A stretch of 64,000 nt of DNA. Source: an uncultured Arcobacteraceae bacterium. Its GTDB lineage: Bacteria > Campylobacterota > Campylobacteria > Campylobacterales > Arcobacteraceae. Positions 31,709 to 41,571 of this stretch are shown in pieces. The notes under the pieces are model-generated. The model had not been told where the DNA came from. It was given only the letters and a program-made list of their open reading frames with translations, and ran no database searches. Position numbers and translations under genes: made by a program. The stretch spans positions 1 to 64,000 of the forward strand of contig CAXHZO010000009.1 in assembly GCA_964022095.1 (NCBI GenBank), written 5' to 3'. Each line of letters starts with the position of its first letter. Within the stretch, counting starts at the first letter, position 1.

Positions 31709-32611
31709 TTGCCGTTCGTTCTAAAGAAATTTAAAGTAATAAAAAATAAAACAATACAGATAAGTCTACTCCAAGATTTAGACCTTGACCGCCGTCAATC
31801 CAGTCGTTTACTTAGTCGTGGAAGAATTTTCAGAAGCGATAATAGTGCTTATAAAATATCAGATATTATTAAAGAAGATTATATTTATATTGCCATATTT
31901 GAAGGGCATACTAGAGGTTTAAAACCACTATTTACAACACCTAATTTTGCTATATTTGACAAGCCTTCAAATTTAGTAATTCATCCAAACTCAAAAAAGA
32001 CAAAATATTCACTTTTAGATGAGATAAGATACCACTTTGGAGATAAGGCAAATCAAGCACATAGAATTGATGCTGAAACTTCAGGACTAGTATTAATAGG
32101 AAGAAATGAGAAAGTTACAAACTCACTTGCTACAATGTTTGAAGAAAAAGAGTACAAAAAATCTTATCTTGCAATAGTAAGAGGAGAAATAACACAAGAT
32201 ATAACAATTGATAAGAACTTAAAAAAAGAGGGGAAATCAATTGGAGTTAAGATGGCTACATGTGAAAAAGAAGAGGGAAAAAGTTCGATTACAATTATAA
32301 AACCTCTTAAATATAACCATATAAATAACTTAACTTTAGTAGAAGCTATTCCAATTACAGGAAGACAACATCAAATTAGAATTCATCTTCACTCAATTGG
32401 ACATACAATATTTGGAGATCCAATTTATGGAGTAAGTGAAGATATAGCACAAAGTTATCTAAACAAAGATTTAAGTGATGAAAATAGATTTGAAGCTAGC
32501 GGATCTTATAGATTATGGCTTCAAGCAAACTATTTAGAGTTTACATATAAAGGTGTGATTTATAAGATATTTTCAAAAAACAAAGATATATTAGCTCAAT
32601 TTGAATCTTGA
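31709..32611 (+). CDS. RluA-family pseudouridine synthase
   Basis: HRIDAETSG, TGRQHQIRIH, GDPIYG; probable TTG start at 31709 after AGGA. Confidence 0.9.
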   Translation: MPFVLKKFKVIKNKTIQISLLQDLDLDRRQSSRLLSRGRIFRSDNSAYKISDIIKEDYIYIAIFEGHTRGLKPLFTTPNFAIFDKPSNLVIHPNSKKTKYSLLDEIRYHFGDKANQAHRIDAETSGLVLIGRNEKVTNSLATMFEEKEYKKSYLAIVRGEITQDITIDKNLKKEGKSIGVKMATCEKEEGKSSITIIKPLKYNHINNLTLVEAIPITGRQHQIRIHLHSIGHTIFGDPIYGVSEDIAQSYLNKDLSDENRFEASGSYRLWLQANYLEFTYKGVIYKIFSKNKDILAQFES

Positions 32612-34252
32612 TAAATCTTTGCCTTTTGTATCTATAATATGTACCGCACAAGCTAAACAAGGGTCAAAAGAGTGAATAACTTTTAAAACCTCAAGTGGCT
32701 TTGATAAATCTTCAATTTTTAGACCTATTAAAGCTTCTTCATATGCACCTCTTATTCCATCATAGTTTTTAGGAGTTGCGTTCCATGTTGTTGGGGCTAT
32801 TACTTGATAGTTTTTTACTTTTGAGTCTTTTATATTAACACTATGCAGTAAAACACCCCTTGGAACTTCTAAAAAACAACTATCATTTACATCTTTTTTT
32901 AAAGACTCAAACTTATAGCTATTAAAAGTTTGTGTGTCATCATATTTTATATTTTGAATTAAATTTGACATTAGTTTAAAGATATATTCACAAATATATT
33001 GGCTTTCAATTGCCCTTGCTATATTTCTTCCAATAGTACAATTCAAATCTTCTAGTTTTAAATCAACGCTTTGTAAAAACTCATCTACAAAACTATTTAT
33101 TGCTGTATCATTATTCTTATAACTAATAAGAATCCTTGCTATTGGACCTGTTTCCATAGTCATATTTTCATATCTAGGTGCTTTTATCCAAGAGTATTTA
33201 TCATTTTCCTTACTTGTCTTTAGGGTTCCATCATCATTTAAATCTGTATAAAATGGCTCTTGAGGATTTTCATCATCATACCAAGCTCTTTGGACTAACT
33301 CTGTGATTTTGGAACTGTCAAACTCTTTTATCACATCTAAATTATCATCAAAAACTACACCACTTGAAAATAGTTTTTTTTCACTAGATATTTCATATCC
33401 ACCAACACACAAATAGTTTCCTAAAGTTTTTCCAACTTTTTCTTTTATCTCATCTTTATAGGCTATTGTTAAAAGCTTCATATCAGGGATATAAGCTCTA
33501 TTTATAAACTCACTTGCTTCTTTTATAACAAATAAAAAATCATTTAATCTTTGTGGATTTATCATATCAGCAACACTTGTAACTCCACCAACAACTATTG
33601 ATTGAGGGTGGGGCGTTTTTCCACCAAAAATAGCTATAGCTTTTGATATTTTTGTTTGAAAAGTTAATGCTTCAAAATAATGAGATAGTAAAATCAAGTT
33701 TTCTTCACTACTTAGCTTATAATCACTATGACCAAAATAGTTACTATTAAAAGGTCCTAATTTTCCTGCATCAATAAAGTTTTTTAACTTTTGTAAAATA
33801 GTTTCATAGTGGGAGTGCGAATTTCTAAAAGGATGAGAACTATACTTATGTGCTTCTTTTGAAGTTTGTTTTACATCAGCTTCTAAAGCTTTAGTAACAT
33901 CTATAAAATCAAGTAAATGCAACTGATAAAAGTGTACAACATGGTCTTGAATAAACAAAGCCATACTCATCAAGTCTCTAATTATTTGGGCATTTTTAGG
34001 AACTTTAATATCATAGGCATTTTCAACTGCACTTACACTTGCTCTAAAATGTGAATTTGTACAAACACCACAAATACGACCAGCAATTAGTCCAATATCC
34101 CTTGGATCTCTATCTTGTAAGATGATTTCAAGTCCACGAAACAACTGCCCACTAGCATATGCTTCTTTAACAATGTTTTGTTCATCTACTTCAACTTCAA
34201 CTCTTAAATGACCTTCAATTCTTGTAATTGGATCAATAACTAGCTTTTTCAT
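32591..34252 (-). CDS. [NiFe]-hydrogenase large subunit (group 1-like)
   Basis: IDPITRIEGH, L1 RICGVC, L2 FDPCLACAVH followed by a 15-aa cleavable tail; YSWIKAPRY, EVPRG. Confidence 0.93.
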   Translation of the reverse strand: MKKLVIDPITRIEGHLRVEVEVDEQNIVKEAYASGQLFRGLEIILQDRDPRDIGLIAGRICGVCTNSHFRASVSAVENAYDIKVPKNAQIIRDLMSMALFIQDHVVHFYQLHLLDFIDVTKALEADVKQTSKEAHKYSSHPFRNSHSHYETILQKLKNFIDAGKLGPFNSNYFGHSDYKLSSEENLILLSHYFEALTFQTKISKAIAIFGGKTPHPQSIVVGGVTSVADMINPQRLNDFLFVIKEASEFINRAYIPDMKLLTIAYKDEIKEKVGKTLGNYLCVGGYEISSEKKLFSSGVVFDDNLDVIKEFDSSKITELVQRAWYDDENPQEPFYTDLNDDGTLKTSKENDKYSWIKAPRYENMTMETGPIARILISYKNNDTAINSFVDEFLQSVDLKLEDLNCTIGRNIARAIESQYICEYIFKLMSNLIQNIKYDDTQTFNSYKFESLKKDVNDSCFLEVPRGVLLHSVNIKDSKVKNYQVIAPTTWNATPKNYDGIRGAYEEALIGLKIEDLSKPLEVLKVIHSFDPCLACAVHIIDTKGKDLSRFKLS

Positions 34253-34256
34253 TTTA

Positions 34257-36680
34257 TTAATCCTCATCTTCTTTTATATAAACTCTTTCGTTTGCAAACT
34301 TATCTATAAAGTTCATCTCTGTACAAGCCATACATCCATGACCAGCTTGAACTGGCCAAGAAGTGCCTTCATTAAATTTTGCTAAAGGACAGTTTACATT
34401 TGCATAAGGACCTTTACATCCCATTTGAAATAAACACCATCCATTCTTAGCTCCTTCATCTCCCCATTGCTCTACAAACTCTCCAAGTTCATAATGTCCA
34501 CGTCTCTCACAATTATCATGAACTCTTTGAGAATACGCCCATAATGGACGATTTTGTTTATCAAGTGCTGGTAATTCTTCAAACATCATATAAGATAGTA
34601 GTGTTCCAACTATATTTATAGGATTAGTGGGACATCCTGGAAGATTAATAATATCATCTCTATTAAGTGCTTGAGAAACTCCAACTGCACCTGTTGGATT
34701 TGGCTTAGCAGCAACCACTCCACCATCATAAGCGCAACTTCCAACTGCTAAAACTAGTGCTGCATCTTTAGCACAGTTTTGTAAAAGTTCAAGTCCAGTT
34801 TGACCTTTTGGGCCTATTCTTAAAAACTTGCCATCAAGTCCAAGGGGAATTGCTCCTTCTACTATTAAAATATATTCACCTTTTGAATTTTCTATAATAT
34901 CTTCTAAAATTGATTCACTAAAATCTCCACTAGAACTCATAAGTAATTCATGATAATCAAGTGAAATATAATCAAATATTAAATCTTCAATTGCTGGATT
35001 TGCTGATTTGATAAAGGCTTCACTATTTCCACTACAATCTGCAAGCTCTAACCATATAATAGGAATTTTATTTAAGTTTTTCACCCCATCTTCTACTACA
35101 CTTTCAAAAGAGGGATGAAGTTTCATACTAGCAGTTACCATAGAAATCCAACTATTTACCTCATCTTTTGCAAGATCTATCATTTTTAAAGCTGCTTCTA
35201 GGTTATTCTCATCAAGTTTATTTTTTGGATGTAGTCTTTTGAACTTCTCTACTCTTTTTTTAGCTTGATCTAACTCTTTTTCTCTTTGTATATCTTCAGG
35301 TGTCTTTCTTTTGATTGTAGGACAAGTTAAACTTTGAGAAGATTCAATAAGCTTTACAACATCATTTTTACATCTACCACAAACGCGTCCTGCTTGAGAA
35401 TACTCTTTTAAAGAAGAAAAAGAATCAATACCACACCTTGCAACTAAATCCTCTAAATCTTTTTCATAAGTATGTTCACAAGCACAAATAAGTCTACCTC
35501 TTTGACCTAATTGTCTATTTTCATATAGATAATTTACATCTATATTTTCACCTTTTTTTATAAGCTCTTCTATATACCCTGTATCAATATTTGAGTTAAC
35601 TCCTAAAAATTTAACTAACTTGTCATCTTTTATAAAATATTCATCAACTCTATTATTAGAAGGTGATTCAATTAAAAGTTTTTCAAACTCTTTTGTAAAA
35701 CTTGGGGAAGATATTTCAACTAATTCAAAACCTTTTGATTTGAGCATATCTACTGTTACTTCAAGTTCATAAGGGACATCATCTTCATTTAGTATATGTG
35801 ATATTGCAATATTAGCTTGATTTGTACACTCTTTTACATGACCTGCTGTGAAATTGTATTTTTCAACTTGTGCACACTCTCCAATAGCATATATATCACT
35901 CTCATTAGTTTGCATATACTCATTTACTAAAATTCCTCTATCTATATTTACAAACTCTTTAAAAGCTTTAGCATTTGGTTTTATACCTATACCAAATATC
36001 ACAAAAGGATTTCGAATTGTTAGTTTCTTTGTTTTTAAAACTTTTATCTCGCTATCTTCAATAAGTGAGTTTTTTACATCTATTTCATCATTATATGAGA
36101 TAGTTAAATTTTTATTCTCTTTTAAAATATTTTCAATAATCTTTACAGAGTTTGAAGATAAGTATTTACTATATAAATAATTACTTCTAATAAGTAGTGT
36201 AATACTTTGTTTTAAAGCTAAAGTATTTAAGGTCTCTAATAACTCTAGTGATATTGGACCACTTCCTACTATTACTATATTATTTGTGTTGTAGTATTTC
36301 TTTATCTTTTCACAATCATCAATACTTCTAAACACTGCACTATTTTTAATATTAGAATCAAGTAAAGTTATTGGTGTAGAGCCAGTTGCTATTACTAACT
36401 TATCATAACTATATACTTCATTATTAGATGTAATAGTTTTATTTTGTTTATCAATTGATTTTATATTTTGATTTAATTTTAGTTGAACTTTATTGTTAAG
36501 TTCTAATTGTATTGAATCTGTATTATCATTTCCATCTATTAAATTACATAAATAGACTCTATCATAAGGAGCTTTTTTTTCATTACTTAGCATAACTATA
36601 TTACAAGAACTATCTCTTGATAAAATAGTATTTGCAAAGTAAGTAGCGGCTATTCCACCACCTATTATTACTATATTCAT
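34257..36680 (-). CDS. Fusion: NirB-like FAD/NAD(P)H oxidoreductase + BFD-like [2Fe-2S] + [NiFe]-hydrogenase small subunit
   Basis: GGGIAA, PYDR, ATGS, IYAIGECA; CAC...CGRC; then WLELADCSGNSE, GSCA, PGCP, HDNCERR, WCLFQMGCKGP, GHGCMAC; no twin-arginine signal. Confidence 0.9.
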   Translation of the reverse strand: MNIVIIGGGIAATYFANTILSRDSSCNIVMLSNEKKAPYDRVYLCNLIDGNDNTDSIQLELNNKVQLKLNQNIKSIDKQNKTITSNNEVYSYDKLVIATGSTPITLLDSNIKNSAVFRSIDDCEKIKKYYNTNNIVIVGSGPISLELLETLNTLALKQSITLLIRSNYLYSKYLSSNSVKIIENILKENKNLTISYNDEIDVKNSLIEDSEIKVLKTKKLTIRNPFVIFGIGIKPNAKAFKEFVNIDRGILVNEYMQTNESDIYAIGECAQVEKYNFTAGHVKECTNQANIAISHILNEDDVPYELEVTVDMLKSKGFELVEISSPSFTKEFEKLLIESPSNNRVDEYFIKDDKLVKFLGVNSNIDTGYIEELIKKGENIDVNYLYENRQLGQRGRLICACEHTYEKDLEDLVARCGIDSFSSLKEYSQAGRVCGRCKNDVVKLIESSQSLTCPTIKRKTPEDIQREKELDQAKKRVEKFKRLHPKNKLDENNLEAALKMIDLAKDEVNSWISMVTASMKLHPSFESVVEDGVKNLNKIPIIWLELADCSGNSEAFIKSANPAIEDLIFDYISLDYHELLMSSSGDFSESILEDIIENSKGEYILIVEGAIPLGLDGKFLRIGPKGQTGLELLQNCAKDAALVLAVGSCAYDGGVVAAKPNPTGAVGVSQALNRDDIINLPGCPTNPINIVGTLLSYMMFEELPALDKQNRPLWAYSQRVHDNCERRGHYELGEFVEQWGDEGAKNGWCLFQMGCKGPYANVNCPLAKFNEGTSWPVQAGHGCMACTEMNFIDKFANERVYIKEDED

Positions 36681-36756
36681 CTTATCTCTTTTTAACTCTT
36701 AAACCTTATGATTATTATATTACATTCAGGTCTAATATGCAAGATGGTATTATTTA

Positions 36757-37938
36757 TTATAGGCTTTTATCTGTTTGAAATCTTTTACCAAAAAGTAATA
36801 ATACAATACCACCTAAAACAATAAATGCAGTTAAATATAATGCATAGTCATAGTTTCCAAATCTATCAATTAAATATACACTATAAAGAGGAGCTATCAC
36901 TTGACCAATTCCATATGAAGTTGTAAGTGCACCCATTAGTACTACTGGATTATGTTTTGCAAGCTGACCTCCAAGGTTCATAAATAAAGCAACTAATCCA
37001 ACAAATGTTCCTCCATAAAAAATCCCACTTAAAAAGTTTAGATACAAATTATTTGAAAACGTTGGAATCAAAATACCTATTGTTTGTAAAAAAAGTGCAA
37101 TGATGATTATGTTTACACTTCCATACCTATGTGCTAACCTCATCCATATAATACAAGAAGGAATTCCAGCAAGTCCAACTAATGTCCATGTTAAGTTACC
37201 ATATCCTTCAAGTCCTGGTAGATTATTAATAATATCAGGTAAAAATGTAGCTTGAACAACAAAGCCTACACCTTCTGCAAAATAAGCCATAATTAAAATT
37301 ATTACAAAAGGTGTGAAAATCTTAGCATCAATTTTATGTTGAGTTACATTTTGATTTACTTTTTTGTCAAAAGATAAAATATACATTGAATAAAAAGATA
37401 ATACTATTGCAAAAATAGATAAAACTAACCATGAGTTTTCCCAAGTTCCACCATTACTTAATATATATCTACTTATTAAATCTGTTGTTAAAATAGAAAA
37501 ACCAATACCACTAAAGTGTATACCCATAGCTTTTGTTTTACTCTCTAATTTTAACTTCATCATTACAATAGCAGATCCAACTACAAAAGCCATTGCTCCA
37601 GCAAAACCTGCGATTATTCTTGCTATTACCCATACAGTATCATTTGTAGAGATACTTAAAACAACTGTTGAAATTATGGCTAAAAAAATACCAACTCTAA
37701 AAAGTATTACTTTTTGATTTATATCTTTTATAAAAATTGAAAGAATAGAACCACTTAAATAACCTGCAAAATTAAGTGAAGCCAAAATTCCTGCAAATGT
37801 AATAGTAAGATAGTCCTCAAGCATTGCAGGAAGAAGTGAAGTAAAAGCAAACCTTGAAACACCAAGTCCTATAATTACTGCAAAAATTCCTGCAATTATA
37901 ATTGCTAGGTTATCATCTTTGTTTAATAATCTATTCAT
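36757..37938 (-). CDS. YbfB/YjiJ-family MFS transporter
   Basis: GVSRFAFTSLLPAM, NFAGYL, YGIGQ; about 12 hydrophobic segments. Confidence 0.85.
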   Translation of the reverse strand: MNRLLNKDDNLAIIIAGIFAVIIGLGVSRFAFTSLLPAMLEDYLTITFAGILASLNFAGYLSGSILSIFIKDINQKVILFRVGIFLAIISTVVLSISTNDTVWVIARIIAGFAGAMAFVVGSAIVMMKLKLESKTKAMGIHFSGIGFSILTTDLISRYILSNGGTWENSWLVLSIFAIVLSFYSMYILSFDKKVNQNVTQHKIDAKIFTPFVIILIMAYFAEGVGFVVQATFLPDIINNLPGLEGYGNLTWTLVGLAGIPSCIIWMRLAHRYGSVNIIIIALFLQTIGILIPTFSNNLYLNFLSGIFYGGTFVGLVALFMNLGGQLAKHNPVVLMGALTTSYGIGQVIAPLYSVYLIDRFGNYDYALYLTAFIVLGGIVLLLFGKRFQTDKSL

Positions 37939-38038
37939 GTTTTCTACCTTGAATAATCTATAATTTATGTTATCATATCACTAAAAGTTATTGAGTGTCA
38001 AATAATCAATAATGATATGTGATATAAGGATTAATGAT

Positions 38039-38869
38039 ATGGATTTAAATCTTCTAAAAGTTTTTATAACTGTAGCTAATAAAAACAGTATTTCTCTAGC
38101 AGCAAATGAATTAAAGTGTGCACAATCAAATGTAACTTCTAGAATAAAACAACTCGAAAAGACAATAGATCAGACTCTTTTTCATAGAGTTCCAAAGGGA
38201 GTTATCCTTACAAGTAGTGGAGAAAGACTCTATCCTAAAGCAATAGAAATAGTAAAAAAAATGGAAGATGCAATAAGTTCAATTTCTAATGACGATGAGG
38301 TAAAACATCTAAAAGTAGGTTCAACTGAGTGTAATGCGAATGTTAGGATTTCTCCTTTTTTGATAAAATTACATGAAGATTTCCCTAGCATGCAATTAGA
38401 GCTATTTACAGGAACTACTAAAAGTATTACAGAGTTAATTTTAGATTATCAAGTTGATATTGCATTTATTAGTGGGGAGCCAAAAAGTGATAAACTGATG
38501 GTTCTTAAAAAAATAGAAGAAGAAATAGCAATTTTAGAGCCAAAATGTGAAAATGTCCCAAATGTGACTTTGACTTTTAAAGAAGGCTGCGTTTATGATG
38601 AATTTTTAAAAGATTACTATAAACAAAAAAATATTTATATTGAAAAAGCATTATCTTTTGGTAGTTTAGAAACAATTCTTTCGTGTGTAAAAGTAGGGAT
38701 GGGGAAAACTTTACTTCCAACAAGTATTGTAAAATCAATTGGCTATGAAAAAGATATAAAGATTACTGTGTTACCAAAAGATGAAGCTAATATTCCGACT
38801 TGCTTAGTTTGTAGAAAAGATTCTATTCCAAGAATCTCACAATATTTAACTGATATGAAATTAAGTTAG
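38039..38869 (+). CDS. LysR-family regulator, divergent from the MFS gene
   Basis: SISLAANELKCAQSNVTSRIKQLE HTH; start moved to ATG 38039. Confidence 0.93.
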   Translation: MDLNLLKVFITVANKNSISLAANELKCAQSNVTSRIKQLEKTIDQTLFHRVPKGVILTSSGERLYPKAIEIVKKMEDAISSISNDDEVKHLKVGSTECNANVRISPFLIKLHEDFPSMQLELFTGTTKSITELILDYQVDIAFISGEPKSDKLMVLKKIEEEIAILEPKCENVPNVTLTFKEGCVYDEFLKDYYKQKNIYIEKALSFGSLETILSCVKVGMGKTLLPTSIVKSIGYEKDIKITVLPKDEANIPTCLVCRKDSIPRISQYLTDMKLS

Positions 38870-38874
38870 GAAAC

Positions 38875-38940
38875 AATAGGTGATGAGTATAAAGTGTTTT
38901 AGTTAAACTGTTACTGTAATGATTATACTCATCACTTATT
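38875..38940. repeat. 18-bp inverted repeat with 30-nt spacer
   Basis: AATAGGTGATGAGTATAA (38875-38892) and TTATACTCATCACTTATT (38923-38940); one G-T pair. Confidence 0.6.
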
Positions 38941-39004
38941 AATTCATATCAATTTAATCATTTTAACATTTATTTTCTAAAGGCCTCATATAAAATAGTA
39001 AATA

Positions 39005-40078
39005 CTACTTGCAAGGTGTAACATTAGTAACTTTTACTACATAATCTTCTGCTTTACAGCCAAGTTTTGGTGAAACTTGTTTTGTATCACCAAAACAACC
39101 ACCTGCATTACTAACCATAGTCTCCATTACACCCTTAGCTCTTTGAGTATAATCATTTTTACATGTAGCCATAAATGAAACATCAATACAAGAAACGGGC
39201 CTTGGTGAATATTTAGGAATTATCCCTCCAACATGATGCTCACCATAACAATTTTTTGCGGCTAATTTGATTGTATTTTTTAACTTTGTCAAATATTGCT
39301 GTTTTTCTCTTTCTTTTCTTCGTTTCTCTTCTTTTCTTTTTAGCTCTTTTTCTTTTTTTAATCTTTCTCTTTGAAGTTTCTTTTTCTTAATTTCTTCTTC
39401 TCTTTTTTTTAGTTTTAATTCTTTTTGCTTTTTGCTTTGCTCTTCAATCTTTTGCTTTTCTAATTCTCTTTTCTTTTGTTCATATTTTTTATTATAGTCA
39501 TTTTGAGAATAAGTATTTTGTGATTTATAACTACTAGAATTAGAGTAGTTCTTTTTATTAGCACTATTAATTAAAGCATTTAATTGAGCTTGTGATTTTT
39601 GATTTATTTGTTGCTGTTTTTTTATACTATTATTCATAGAAGTCATTAATAACTTGTAGTTTAGCTGATCTTGTTTTTGCTTAGCAATTCTTCTTTTTTT
39701 TGCTTCTTGTTCTCTTCTTACTTTCTCTCTTTGTTTTCTTTTATATTTTCTTTCATCATTTTTTATTTCATTTTTTATTTTAGAGACTTTATTATTATCA
39801 AAATTCATAGAATAAGCATTATCTAAAATTTTATATGCACTTGTAAAGTAGTAATTATAAGACTTACTTTTGGCATCTTTTATTAATTTATCAAACTTTA
39901 TTTTTTGTTTATTATGATTTTCGGCACTTTGCATACTGTCCATAAAATCATCACTTTGCATTTTTTGATTCTCTTTAATTTTAACACTTTTTGATTCTCC
40001 AAAAATATCATCAAATTCATTTGAAAATAAAAAACTAAATGAAAATACACAAAGAATTACAAATTTTTTAATAAACAT
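39005..40078 (-). CDS. Exported protein: long K/E/Q coiled coil plus C-terminal six-Cys domain
   Basis: Signal peptide; charged coiled coil; six Cys in the last ~85 aa. Confidence 0.7.
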   Translation of the reverse strand: MFIKKFVILCVFSFSFLFSNEFDDIFGESKSVKIKENQKMQSDDFMDSMQSAENHNKQKIKFDKLIKDAKSKSYNYYFTSAYKILDNAYSMNFDNNKVSKIKNEIKNDERKYKRKQREKVRREQEAKKRRIAKQKQDQLNYKLLMTSMNNSIKKQQQINQKSQAQLNALINSANKKNYSNSSSYKSQNTYSQNDYNKKYEQKKRELEKQKIEEQSKKQKELKLKKREEEIKKKKLQRERLKKEKELKRKEEKRRKEREKQQYLTKLKNTIKLAAKNCYGEHHVGGIIPKYSPRPVSCIDVSFMATCKNDYTQRAKGVMETMVSNAGGCFGDTKQVSPKLGCKAEDYVVKVTNVTPCK

Positions 40079-40087
40079 AATTAACCT

Positions 40088-40597
40088 TTAATATAATACT
40101 TTTTCCTCTCCTCTAACACAAATTATTCTACTTAATTTAGACTTCTTAGTATTATAAGAGCTTATCGATCCGTATCTATATGATAAACCTAAATATTGAC
40201 CTTTTGAATTTAATGTTGAAGACATAAAATTATCACTTTTCCCTGGCAATATTTGAAGACCTTTAAATTCATTTTTTATCATAGTTCTATAACTATTTTT
40301 ATATCCTCTCAACCAACTATTTTTTTTACTATAATCTATTAGTGTTACTAACTCTTTTATACTTGGTATTCGCCAATCATCATATCCTGCTAAAACTAAA
40401 TCATTACAAAAAGGCTTACTTCCATTATAAGTACCTGAGTACCATGGTGGCCTTTTATCATCTCTCCACATTAGACCTGTATGTTTATCAAGAAAAACTT
40501 GCTTAGGGTTTTTTGAAGCTATATATAAACTTGGAGCTGAACTTCCACAACCTACAAAAAAAACAATTGTTGCTAATAATAAAATATAAACTCTCAT
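40088..40597 (-). CDS. DUF1566 (Lcl C-terminal-like) lipoprotein
   Basis: Lipobox FVGC; DKHTGLMW, C...LAGYDDWRIPSIKEL, ICVR. Confidence 0.8.
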   Translation of the reverse strand: MRVYILLLATIVFFVGCGSSAPSLYIASKNPKQVFLDKHTGLMWRDDKRPPWYSGTYNGSKPFCNDLVLAGYDDWRIPSIKELVTLIDYSKKNSWLRGYKNSYRTMIKNEFKGLQILPGKSDNFMSSTLNSKGQYLGLSYRYGSISSYNTKKSKLSRIICVRGEEKVLY

Positions 40598-40606
40598 TTT
40601 AAACCT

Positions 40607-41332
40607 TTATTTAAATTTTCTTACACATCTAACATATGCTTTAGTTGATATTGAGGTACTAACTATATGGCCAGAAGAGTTTGAAAAGTAGTATTTATAT
40701 TTAGAATTACCATCTTTAATAAACTGATAATTATATTTATAAAGTACATTCTTAAACTCTTTTTTAATAGCAGGTGTTTGTGAAAAGTCCATAATAGTCA
40801 TAACTTGATTTGCTGTTGGAAGTGTCCAATCACTATAAGCATTTAAATTTAACTTTTTACAATAATTAGCAGCGCCATAAGCAGTTGTTCTAAAAGATAC
40901 AACATCATAATCATCTTGCCACATTAAGCCTGTTGCTTTATCTTTTACAACTCTATTTTTAGACTCTTCTTTTTTTGCTTCTATTCTCTTCGCTTTTTTA
41001 TATTTTGGTTCAACCTCTAGATATAATTTTAATGCTTCTTGATAAAATCTTCCAGAATTACCTGCAACATCAATATAATACTCTAATGAATTAAATGATT
41101 TTATGTAATCTTTTGTCTTATAATAAGCCTTACCTTCCCAAAAAACTAATGATATAGGAATATTATTATCTATTTTTTTCCACTCATTTATAGATGAAAT
41201 TATTTGTGCATAGTTACCTTTTTTTTGTTGTTCAACTAACTTTATCTTTAAAATATCAATCTTTGCTTGATTTGACAATGCAAATAAACTACTTCCCATA
41301 AATAGGAAAATAATAAAAAATAATTTATTCAT
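40607..41332 (-). CDS. Exported TPR-like + DUF1566 protein
   Basis: Signal peptide; helical TPR-like N-terminal half; DKATGLMWQ, YC...YSDWTLPT, VRCVR. Confidence 0.8.
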   Translation of the reverse strand: MNKLFFIIFLFMGSSLFALSNQAKIDILKIKLVEQQKKGNYAQIISSINEWKKIDNNIPISLVFWEGKAYYKTKDYIKSFNSLEYYIDVAGNSGRFYQEALKLYLEVEPKYKKAKRIEAKKEESKNRVVKDKATGLMWQDDYDVVSFRTTAYGAANYCKKLNLNAYSDWTLPTANQVMTIMDFSQTPAIKKEFKNVLYKYNYQFIKDGNSKYKYYFSNSSGHIVSTSISTKAYVRCVRKFK

Positions 41333-41571
41333 AAGTACTCCTTATTTGTTTAATTATATAAAATTAATTTTAATAGAGATTAAAATTATGTATCTTTTTT
41401 ATTGTTTTTTTTAAAAAATTTTATATTAAATACAAATTAATTTCATGAATAAACAAATTTTAAGATATAATTTAAAAAAAATAGTGCTATAATAATTTTT
41501 ACTATTGTTAATTTATAGATATTTTACACATAAAATAATTATTAGTTACTTTATATACTTAGGAGTTTTAT

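Noticed and set aside
39005-41332. Diversity-generating retroelement targeting the DUF1566 genes
   Set aside because: No RT gene, and I could not see a template/variable repeat pair differing at adenines in this window
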